64,000 nt of DNA, taken from the NCBI GenBank assembly GCA_963765765.1, contig CAVXYC010000032.1:267882-331881 (forward strand), read 5' to 3'. Each line of letters opens with the position of its first letter. Within the stretch, counting starts at the first letter, position 1. A program made the translations under genes and the position numbers. The notes beneath the pieces are model-generated. The model was not told the origin of the DNA. It did not search any database and saw only the letters and a list, made by a program, of their open reading frames with translations. Below are positions 54,400 through 64,000 of this stretch, piece after piece. This DNA is from an uncultured Chloroflexia bacterium (GTDB lineage: Bacteria > Chloroflexota > UBA6077 > JACCZL01).

Positions 54400-56851
54400 T
54401 CACCCACGGTTAGCCCTCGCGATCTCCCCTGGCTTTCCGACAGACGCAGCGCCATTCCGAGACCTCTGTCGGCTCGGAATAGCAAACGTAAACGTGCTTC
54501 CCACACCGACCTCACTCTCCACCCAGATCCGGCCTCCGTGCAGCTCGGCGAAACTCCGCGTGAGAGCAAGCCCCAGCCCCGTTCCTTCCGGACGACCGCC
54601 TCCATGCCCCTCGGTTGACTGACGAAACTCCTCAAAGATGAGCTCGCGATCCTTCTCCGGAATACCGATACCCGTGTCTGTCACGGCTATGTGAACGTCG
54701 TTACCGATCGTGCGAGCGGAGAGTGTGACCGACCCACCGTCCGGGGTGAACTTCACCGCGTTGGCGAGCAGATTGAACACCATTTGCTTCAATTTGCGCT
54801 CGTCCGCTTCGACAACGTCGATCTCAGGGTCCACCTCGAGGCCCAAAGCAATACCGTGCCTGCCCGCGCGCTCCTTCACCATGGTCAGGCCGTTCTCGAG
54901 CGATTGCGGGAGCGAAAACTCGCTCAGCTCCAGCTCCATTCGCCCGGCTTCTACCTTAGAAAGGTCCAGGATGTCATTGATCAATGACAGGAGATGCTGG
55001 CCTGACGTCAGAATGTCGTTCAGATACTCTTCCTGCCGCTCGTTGAGCTCGCCGAACATCTTCTCCGATAGGACTTCGGAAAAGCCGATGATCGCGTTGA
55101 GCGGCGTACGGAGCTCATGCGACATGTTGGCCAGAAACTCTGATTTGTGTTGACTGGCTATCTCCAGCTCAAGATTCTTTTGTTCGAGAGCCTGGAACAG
55201 ACGGACGTTTTCGAGCGCTATGACAGCCTGATCTGCAAACGTTCGGAGCAGGTCGATCTGTTGGTCCGTGAACGGTCGCACCTCGAGCCGCCTGATCATG
55301 ATGGTCCCGAGTGGCACGCCCTCGCGCAGGAGTGGCGTCGCGAGCGTAGTACGGTTGCCGATGTGCTCACTCAAGGCACGACCTTGGGGGAATTCCGTGG
55401 CCGGTTCTGCCGCAAGGTCTCGGACGTGGATCGTCTGCCTATCAATCACCGCGCGACCATTCACCGATCCACGCGTGAGGGGAAGACCCGCCATCCGAGC
55501 GGCCGTCGGCATGCTGCCGTACGCTGCGACCTCCTTCAGCACGTCTCCTTCAACGCGAAAAATGACGGCATCCGTAGCGTCGCACAGGCGCGCGGCGCTC
55601 TCAGCAACTGCCGCCAACACCGGCTCTAGCTCATTCGGCGAGCTGGCGATGACTCGCAGGATCTCGCTTGTGGCTGTCTGCTGATCGAGTGACTCGCTCA
55701 GCTCATGAGTGCGTTCTTGCACGCGACGTTCCAGGGTCGCATACGACTCGCGCAGCTGAGCAGTCATCCGATTGAACTCCTCGGCCAGCGTCTCCAGCTC
55801 ATCGCCCGTGCGAATCTCGATGCGCTGGTCCAGCGCGCCCGCTCCAATCTGAGCCGCGCTCGCCTGAAGCGCGCGGATGGGGGTGACCATGCGTCGAGCC
55901 AGAACGAGGCTCGCCACAATTGAGAGTCCGATACCCAGAAGAACTAACACGATGGTGCGAGCGATGGAGGCGTACAGCCCGCTCAGCGCTTCTTCCAGTG
56001 GCTGGTCCACGAAGACGAACCAACCAGGGGGCTCAACAAGGGCGAACGCCGTGAGCATTTGACGCCCCTGGAAGTCTCGAGTGATCGTGGGCTGCTCGGT
56101 AACGCCGAGTACCCGCCTCGGAGCAGCACGCGCCTCCTGCACGTGGCTGAACCCCGAAAGATCTGTCTTTCTCAGCACCATGCTGATATCGGGATGAGCG
56201 ACTAGCTGCCCGGCCTCGTCAACGACATAGGCATAACCAGCCGTGCCCACGCGTATCTGCGTCACCACGTCCCAGATGAGCTTCAGATTGACCTCGGCGC
56301 TGATGACGCCGTTTGGGTCGTCCCTTCGCGAGATGGTCATGTACGGCTCGGACTCGTTGCGGAAATAGACCGGGCCCAAAGAACGGGCGATTAGGTTTCG
56401 GCTCGGTGAAACGCGGATCGGTGCTGTAGTCGATGCCGCTCCCCACGACGTTCATCGCCAGGCGTGAGACCCGAAGCTGTTCCAGACCCACGGTGTCAAG
56501 AAAGCTGACGTCAGTGATTACCGGTGCAAGACGCAAGAGTCGCGTGAAATCGTCCCGCCGCTGCGACGGGTTGGGAGCACCGGCGGCCCAGCCAAGCGCC
56601 CGCTCCTGGTCGCTCAAAAAGTCGCGAATTGTGGCGGCTGCGCCCTGCGCTTTTTCCTGCTGAAGCCGCGCCAGCGCCGTCTCGTTCTCCCTATAGGAGA
56701 AATACAGCTCCACGAGTCCGCTGACGATGAGCGCGCCGCTGACAAGCAGCACGATGAGCATGACGTACTTACGAAACAGGCGGCCATGCTGCCGCCCGCC
56801 AAGCGCATGATCGCCCAACTTGTGTTCGCCGGCTACACCGGTCGCCGCCAT
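54400..56851 (-). CDS. Membrane sensor histidine kinase, Cache-HAMP-GAF-HisKA-HATPase (frameshift near 56375)
   Basis: Two TM helices, GYAYVVDEAGQLVAHPD, GDELETLAEEFNRM, FADQAVIALEN, SHELRTPLN, NAVKF, DTGIG, GTGLGL. Confidence 0.93.
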
Positions 56852-57493
56852 AGTGAACGTAAGGATCGCCCGATTCACTCAAATCTGCAAGTGAGACGGC
56901 CGAGATGAGCTCGGCCCTCACCGGAAATGCGGATCGCCGTCGTTCCGGCGAGCACCTCGCCCGATGCCCCAACGTGAATTCAGGGGGATTCCCCGACGTG
57001 ATGCTGCGCCGTCGAAATCCCGCGGAGATTCCGCTCGAACTCGCGCCGACTTCAGTTCACGGTGAACATCTCAGCAGCTCGCTGATTGCGCTCACGCTTC
57101 TCCGGCCGTACACGCTCAGGTAATTCAGGTGATTGATAAGCGCCGACAGCAGCTCCGGAAATTGACGACATGTCCGCCCATCGTTGCTCAGGCGACGCAC
57201 ATCATTAAGTGACCCGGAGCAGGTGAACGACTGTCTTCTCTCAAATGGTTTCGGTACTGTCACGCTTCGCGGGGCTCCTCTCAGCGCATCGACCCTCCGC
57301 GGCTCGGCGATAAGCCACCGTTTATCGATAACTGATCATCCGTTCATCGATGATTCCGAGCAGTATTAGCTGCGGCCGATAGACTGGACCCCAGATCACG
57401 TACCGCTGAATCCGGAGGTCCGAGTGACAGACTCTTCTCACAACCTTTCGCGCCGACAGGACATTGCCACAATCCGCGGTCGGGTCCACAACA

Positions 57494-58276
57494 ATGTCTG
57501 AGCTGGAATCCATTGGGCGACCTGAGCTTGGACGCCGCATTCCGCTGCCCGGGACTCACAATCTGCGCGATGTTGGCGGTTACCCAACGGTGGACGGACG
57601 TGAGACTCGCTGGCGAACGCTCTTCCGACCGATAGCCTGCACAAGCTTTCCTTGCTCGCTCAGCAGGAGCTCATCGCATACGGCGTTCGAACGGTGCTCG
57701 ACCTGCGTCGCGACATCGAGGTGGAGCATTGGCCAAACGTCTTCGCCAGCTCATCGAGCCTTCGTTATGCACGTGTCGATCTGGCCCCGATTGGCGGTGT
57801 AACTGAGATCACTGTCGCCTCTCGAGTCGATCTACCGAGCTATCCTAAACTTCCGGCAACGCGAGATTGCCGAGGCGTTCATGATTCTGGCCGAAGAGAA
57901 GGGCTTCCCGGCGGTAATTCACTGCACGGCGGGCAAGGATAGAACCGGGTTACTGGTAGCGTTGCTGCTCAGCCTGGCAGGCGTGGACAACGAAACTATT
58001 GCATTGGACTACGCCTTGAGCTCCGAGTATCTGGGGCAGTCATACTTCAATGAGGCCAGGGAGCGAGCTGTGGTTGCCAACGTGCCATGGGAACGCTATC
58101 GACTCAACCTCGTGTCTCCGCCGGACTACATGCTGCGTACGCTGGACTATGTGGACAGACGCTATGGTGGCGTAGAGCTCTATCTACGCACCATTGGCCT
58201 CAGCGAATCGGACATGTTCAATCTACGATCGGCCATGGTGCGATCGTATAAGCTCTCGCTCGTTCCATCGCGGTAG
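57494..58276 (+). CDS. Protein-tyrosine phosphatase (Y_phosphatase3/PtpB-like), frameshifted
   Basis: GTHNLRDVGGY, VLDLR, HCTAGKDRTG, DYALS. Confidence 0.9.
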
Positions 58277-58319
58277 GATTTGCTGGTCTCTCCACCGGCG
58301 GTGGGGAGCCACGCCGTGA

Positions 58320-58712
58320 CTAGGCCGCGAACAGCTTCCAAAGCCAGACGCATGCAAGCGCGGCCAGACCCAGCCAGACCGCCACGATGGTGACCGCGGC
58401 GGCGAGGCTGCGTGGTCGATGTTCCGATAACGTATGATCCGCGCGAGCGCGCGCGTCCGACATCACTTCACCGGGGACCATTTTCAAGAGCAGCGCCAAC
58501 CCGAGCGGAATCAGTACCAGATCATCCAGGTAGCCCAGGACGGGAATAAAGTCAGGGATCAGGTCAATTGGACTGAAGGCGTACGCCAGGATAACCGCCG
58601 CCAGAACCCGCGCGGGCCACGGTGTGCGCCGATCGCGCGCTGCCAGGTAAAGAGCATAGGTGTCGCGCTTCAGCGCACGAACGCGAAGGCGCCAGCTTTG
58701 CAACAAACCCAT
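58320..58712 (-). CDS. YkvA/DUF1232 family membrane protein
   Basis: YAFSPIDLIPDFIPVLGYLDD. Confidence 0.92.
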   Translation of the reverse strand: MGLLQSWRLRVRALKRDTYALYLAARDRRTPWPARVLAAVILAYAFSPIDLIPDFIPVLGYLDDLVLIPLGLALLLKMVPGEVMSDARARADHTLSEHRPRSLAAAVTIVAVWLGLAALACVWLWKLFAA

Positions 58713-59094
58713 GCGCTCGATGGTCCCACAGATGCGAGCTTCCCGGCGGGAGCCCACTTATGCGGAGGCTACGCCAGAAGCCGAAAGCGCAGGGCTTAGT
58801 GCGCGCGTTCTCAGCGCGGTCAAAACGGCCTCGTCAGCCATAATCGCCTCGATGAGTGTCTGGGAACGTTGTGAGCAGGCCACCGAAAAATTGTTGTGCG
58901 ACGGCCGTCGCACCGGCGTCTAACAAAGCGGGAGCGACCAACCAGGCAAACGCGCATCAGCGATCGTACGCAGACGACCGTCGCGATCAGGAAGAGGTAA
59001 GCGAGGATTAACCGCCGAGGGGTTGGGGACGCGGATTTGACTCGCGTCCCAGCCCTATCGGAATTGGAACTGCGCACCGCGATTCGCGCGGCGC

Positions 59095-59783
59095 TCAGCC
59101 GTTGGTCGGATTCGCCGGCGGCGTGTCGAGCGCGACCAGCAGCCGATAGCGCTGCCCGGCGTCCCGGTGTGGCAGGCAAGACGTTGCCCGTCCCCACGCT
59201 GATCGGCTCGTGATCCGTCTGGTCTCCGTGCGGCCCGGTGATCGCATAGCGACCTGAGATCGACGCCACTTCTCCGGGCGACAGGAGCTCGGCTTCGACC
59301 GGCGCCTCCGTTCGACTGGTGCGGGACTTTCGGCGACGTTGCGGGCGCGCTGTCGCCGTCAACCGTTTCAGGGCGGTCTGCCAGGCCGGCTCGGTTTGTC
59401 ACCGACGGGTTGTCCGATGCATCGCGCCGACTAACGTCCTCCGGTCGCGCGGCGATCGCGCTTGAGCCGGCAGCATGCTGCGAGTCGAACTCGTCTCGGG
59501 CTTCCCGGTACAGGTCACCCCACGCCTGGGTGACACCGCCGAGTGGATTGACGCGGTCCCTCGGGCAGCGGACCCCGCCGACTGCGCGCCTCAGCCTACC
59601 CGCGCCGGCACCCGCGGCGGCGGCCATCGGCGACAACACGTGCCGACGACTTCCGTATTCCCCCATTTCGCTCGGTGCGGCCCGGCGCCGGCGCAGCGCC
59701 GCGATGGTCGCCACCCCCGCGCCCACGGCAAGACCCCACGGTCCCAGAGCCGATTCAATGATGTCATCGAGTACGAACGCCAT
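59095..59783 (-). CDS. Small membrane protein paralog A (DUF5132-like N-terminus, YjzC-like C-terminus), frameshifted
   Basis: MAFVLDDIIESALGPWGLAVG..GVTQAWGDLYREARDEF; PGEVASISGRYAITGPHG..VLPATP..GQRYRL; AGGAG RBS. Confidence 0.6.
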
Positions 59784-60135
59784 GATTTAACTCCTGTCAG
59801 TATGTGTGGCGCTGATTGATCGTCGCCTTCCCGCGGGTGAGCACTGCAGGAGCTATGCCGCCCGCTCACCCACCAGGGAGCGCGCGCGCTCATCGCTCGA
59901 TAAGCAGCCGTTTAAGCAACGCTCGGATAGCTGCCCGTATTCCCCCATTGGATTGTGAGCATTGAATATCATGCACAGGGCACACTTGATGCACTACTCT
60001 CCGCGGACGTTTGACAGGCGTGTCGCTCATGAATTTTCCGCCTTCTCGAACTTAACGTTGGAGCCCCACCAGTTGACGGCCCTCTACGGCCGTAAAGATT
60101 CGTCCCGATTCAATCGTAATGCAGGAAGTACTGAT

Positions 60136-60393
60136 GTGAGTCACCAACCCAGCCCGGCGGGTGTCCGCCGCGATCGGTTTCATGATGCAGGATCAAGAAC
60201 TAAGCGCGCTATAAGCATCGTCGAAGAGCGACTCACCGAGGAGTTCGGTGACCGTGTCTCGTCGGAGGAGATCACCAGCCGGACCCGCGCATCACTGCAC
60301 CGGTATCACAATGCGCGGATCAAGACGTTTGTTCCCGTCCTGGTCCACCGCGAAGTGCGCGAAGACGTCCGCGCGGCGCTCCATCATCGCTGA
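60136..60393 (+). CDS. Small three-helix-bundle protein (DUF3562-like)
   Basis: ERLTEEF..YHNARIKTFVPVLVHREVRE. Confidence 0.7.
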   Translation: MSHQPSPAGVRRDRFHDAGSRTKRAISIVEERLTEEFGDRVSSEEITSRTRASLHRYHNARIKTFVPVLVHREVREDVRAALHHR

Positions 60394-60713
60394 GTCTGTA
60401 CCCTTTCACTCGTTCGAATCACCGAGCTGGGTTCAGCAATCGCACCGCAATTGCTTTGGCGAGCCAGAATGTTTCCCTCAGATCAACACCTCCTGGAAAT
60501 TATCGGTCCGACCACGGTGCCGATCGGTGATGGGATGCGTCACGGAATCAACCGCTAACCACGGCTAGCTAATTCGAAGGGAAGAATGCTTGCCCCGGAC
60601 GTTGAGCTTTAGTTTGACCAACGGTAAGGTCGCGTTCAGGCTCGCATAAACGATCGCGGGCGGCATTCGAATAGGATCGGGGCGAACGCGGTGCCTTTTT
60701 CCGGCATCCAAGG

Positions 60714-61802
60714 GTGGATATCATGCTGCCGATCCGAACAGCCTTATTACGATGTATGGGGCTTGCTCTCATGATGGGCGTGAGTCAGGTGCCGACTCTC
60801 ACGCTCGCGCAGTCCACAAACCCGTGGGGTGGCGTGCAGCAAGAGGTCGCCCACGGAGTCCGCGGCCAATCGTTTGCCTTCGCGCTTTGGGGAGACATGC
60901 CGTATGCGCGCAATGGCGACGTGCCGAAGATGCCAGCGTTGCTTCAGAGCATCAACCAGTCGGGCTCGCTCTTCTCAGTGTTCATCGGCGACATCAAGGA
61001 CGGCGCATCAGTGTGCACCGATGACCAATTTGAATCGGCCATCGAGCGCTTCAATAGCCTGGTTGCACCGGCGGTCTACGTGCCGGGCGACAACGAGTGG
61101 ACCGACTGCCACCGCACAAACAATGGTGGATACAACGGACTAGAACGGCTGGATCACATACGAACGACGATGTTCAACGTCTCCGAAACGTTGGGTCAGC
61201 GTCGAATGATCGTAGACCACCAGGGCCCGCTCGGTGGGAAGTTCGCCGAAAACGTGCGCTGGGTGTACGGCGATATCGTCTTTGTGGGGCTGAACGTTTC
61301 CGGAAGCAATAACAATAAAGTCAACACGCCGGAGGAATGCACGCTGCTTAGCGCTCGCACGCTGGACGATTGTGACGCGACGAATGCGGAGTACCTGGAG
61401 CGTGACGCGGCGAACGTCGCCTGGCTCGCAGATGCATTCCGTCTGGCGAAAGCGCGAGGGACTGCAGGCGTGATGGTGCTCGTCCAGGCAGACCTTGGCT
61501 TCGATCGACCTGAGACCGCGACGGTTAACGAGCGGATGCTTCCAACAAATGACGGCTACACCAACTTCGTTGATGCGCTCGTCGCCGAGACGAACGACTT
61601 CGCGGGCCAGGTGATGCTCGTGCACGGCGATACGCACTACTTCACGCTGGACAAGCCCCTGATCGACGTGAACAACCCGATTCGTAACTTGACACGGTTG
61701 GAGCTCTTCGGAAGTCCGAGCATCCACTGGGTACGCGTGGAGGTGAATCCGAGCAGCTCCAACGTGTTTCGCATTGACCCCGTGTATGTGCCTGGAAATT
61801 AG
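60714..61802 (+). CDS. Secreted calcineurin-like metallophosphoesterase
   Basis: Signal peptide; GDMPY, IGDIK, PGDNEWTDC, VHGDTH. Confidence 0.85.
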   Translation: MDIMLPIRTALLRCMGLALMMGVSQVPTLTLAQSTNPWGGVQQEVAHGVRGQSFAFALWGDMPYARNGDVPKMPALLQSINQSGSLFSVFIGDIKDGASVCTDDQFESAIERFNSLVAPAVYVPGDNEWTDCHRTNNGGYNGLERLDHIRTTMFNVSETLGQRRMIVDHQGPLGGKFAENVRWVYGDIVFVGLNVSGSNNNKVNTPEECTLLSARTLDDCDATNAEYLERDAANVAWLADAFRLAKARGTAGVMVLVQADLGFDRPETATVNERMLPTNDGYTNFVDALVAETNDFAGQVMLVHGDTHYFTLDKPLIDVNNPIRNLTRLELFGSPSIHWVRVEVNPSSSNVFRIDPVYVPGN

Positions 61803-61820
61803 CGTGGGCACTTCCGACCA

Positions 61821-62224
61821 TTGACTTACGGATTGAATTCGTGGATCGGCCAGGTAAAGCCATGGAACCGATATGCCGTCGCACTGCTACTCATCGGAGC
61901 CGGAACCGTTACCGCATCTGCCACCCAGGCAACAACGGACACTGAGGAACCTGGCGGTGATCGCTGTGGACTACGGTTTCGAGCCTTCTGAACTCACCTC
62001 CCGTCGGAGACTCGACTGTTCGATTGATCAACGCTGGTATCCGTCGGCACAACCTCATAGTGTTGCGGCATGCCGACGGCGTGGAGATCGCGTCAGACAC
62101 GATTCGATCGGGGCAGGAAACCCAGTGGACCGTCACATTCGACCGCCCTGGTCGGTATCAATTCTGGTGCAATGAGTACAGTCACCTCGAGCGAGGGATG
62201 ACTGGCTACATCGTCGTCAACTAG
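61821..62224 (+). CDS. Exported cupredoxin (type-1 copper) protein, frameshifted
   Basis: AVDYGFEPSELT, INAGIRRHNL, PGRYQFWCNEYSHLERGM (His, Cys, His, Met ligands). Confidence 0.8.
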
Positions 62225-62329
62225 CACCACGGTTGAACAATCTTGCTCCGCAATACCTGGGCGCCCCGACGATTCAGCGGCGTTACATCTGAACCGGCAA
62301 GAATTGGCGCTCGTAATTCGTTCGAGGTC

Positions 62330-62808
62330 AACAGCCTCCTCGCGCTTGATGAATCGGCCGTGCTCATCGCGCTTGGGCCGCTGACTGCACAATGTCATCC
62401 ACGCGTTCGCCATTCACCCAGACTGAGTTGGATTCGGATGGGTGGGAACCTTCGAACTCGGATTTCGCCTCTGCGTACAGATCGCTCCAGGAACGCGTCA
62501 CACCCATCAAGAGAGACTGGCTGGCGTTCGCGATTTGAGTCGGACGCGCGCGGCTCGCGATTTGACCGGCTCTGGTACACCGGCGCCAGCAATAGCCGCG
62601 GCGGGTGCCAGCATTGCCATACTTGCGTGCGTCTTCTCTGAGCCCGATGCACTCAGGGTGTCGATCCTTGCCTTCCCAGCCGCGGCGCCTGAGGCGAGCG
62701 CCGGCAGAACGGCTCTCTTCGAGCGACAAGAGCACTAACGCCCAGTCCCAACACGATGCCCCAGGGCCCGAGCGCGCTTTCAACGATATCGTCTATTCCG
62801 AATGCCAT
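62330..62808 (-). CDS. Small membrane protein paralog B (DUF5132-like), frameshifted; end approximate
   Basis: Manual translation: MAFGIDDIVESALGPWGIVLGLGVSALVARR..GVTRSWSDLYAEAKSEF..RDEHGRF; GAGG RBS. Confidence 0.6.
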
Positions 62809-62946
62809 TGTGCTGTCCTCCGTTGGGTGCGCTCGTCTTTTTCAAGCGGGAAAGGAGGAATAGTAGCACGGGACTCTACCATCCCGAGTTTCTTCCGGCT
62901 TCCGGTGGGTGAATCAATAGAGCCCGGCAATGGCCTCGGCGGAAAT

Positions 62947-64000
62947 TTACGAGCGGACGAGGATACCCGCTGCTTTTGGAGGTTCTCCACCGAGTCGAGC
63001 AGCTCCCACGGAAGGTCGAGGTCGGTGCGGCCAACTGCCCGCCCACACTCAGCTCGCGGTAGAACCGGCCACGGCGCTGCGCGGAAGCGTCCAGAGTCGG
63101 AAGTGCTCAGCAATGGCGCCTGGCCGCAGGTCAAACACGTCACGAACGATCTCCGAGAGCCGTTCGTTGGGGATGCGCTCCTGCCAAATGTCCGCGCCCA
63201 GACGGTAGTTGGCCGCGCTTCACCTACCGCGTAGGAGAGCTGAGCTCACACTCGCGAGCCAGGCCGGCAGCCACGATGTTCGTCGCAGCTGCCGCGCGGC
63301 ATAAGCGGCGAGTCTATCGAGCCGGGTGGGGTCCTTACCGCTCAGTGCGCCGTCGCCATGCCGAGCAGCTGCGCCATAGGTGTCCGACGCCTGCTTCCGC
63401 CCCGGTCTGGCCGGCGTTGCGAGCCGGCCCGCCAACAAGCAACGCGCCCTCCGGATTGATGATGAGACGGGTGGCGCCGTCGAAGGCAATCGAGTAGCCG
63501 TGCGAGGGCAGCTTCGCCAGCACATCCTGAACGGCGTCGTGCAAGTCGGCCGCCTTTCCGCTGAACTGCGACTCGATCACCACCGTATCAAGTCGGATCG
63601 GTCGATCGTCGTCGTACTCCACCGTAATCTGTACGCTTCCATCTGGACCGAGGCCCGGCAGTTGCTGGCTGAGCGCGAGCTGGTCAAGCGCGCCGGCGGT
63701 AAGATGCGCCAGGCGTATCGCCAGCGGCATCCGCTCGGGCGTTTCTTCGCATGCGTATCCGAAAACTGTGGTCTGCTCCTGGGCCGGCACGTCGCGGAGT
63801 GCCACATCGGTGTCCGGTGGCACGGCCCAGGGAGGGGTCATCACGCTTGACTGAGCCAGAATTGCACAGTGCTCTGGATCCAGATCGTCGCGGTTATAGC
63901 GCGTTTCGGCCAGCGTTGCCCGAACGACCCCGGTGATGTCGACTTCACCGTGCACTCGCGCATCCGTCACGACGAAGACAAATTGGCCTGCCGCGGCGGT
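62947..64000 (-). CDS. Divergent methionine adenosyltransferase (MetK)-like protein; 5' end outside the window; several frameshifts
   Basis: [86 protein letters not shown]. Confidence 0.88.

Noticed and set aside
56900-57480. Short ORFs between the kinase and the phosphatase
   Set aside because: No RBS, motif or coding bias that I can support; left unannotated.

Overview
GC-rich bacterial chromosomal window, most likely Chloroflexota (inferred from Thr/Pro-rich exported proteins with a Chloroflexi-type C-terminal surface domain and a glmS ribozyme). Many otherwise intact genes carry single-base frameshifts, which looks like uncorrected long-read error, so pseudogene calls based on frameshifts alone are unsafe. 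Layout: (1) 1-21.5 kb holds accessory hydrolases and oxidoreductases, two large multidomain secreted enzymes (SLT+M23+propeller; S8 protease+alpha/beta-hydrolase+FN3) and a duplicated promoter/operator element. (2) About 21.5-36 kb is a decayed mosaic island with an orphan res-like site, an XRE repressor pseudogene, phage-like small ORFs, related hairpins, many gene fragments, and a membrane-anchored SagB-type nitroreductase with an internal twin-arginine motif. (3) 36-58.7 kb is mostly core or semi-core: GH31, rlmD, thioesterase, cbtBA, DUF885, two TA modules around rnhA, glmS with its ribozyme, HIT, and a kinase/REC/REC-cyclase operon. (4) 59-64 kb holds two paralogous small membrane proteins, a secreted metallophosphoesterase, a cupredoxin and a strongly divergent MetK-like protein with a rewritten methionine pocket; this last cluster is the best candidate for an undescribed system. 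No CRISPR array, tRNA or rRNA was seen. All family calls come from motif recognition by eye; no database was searched.
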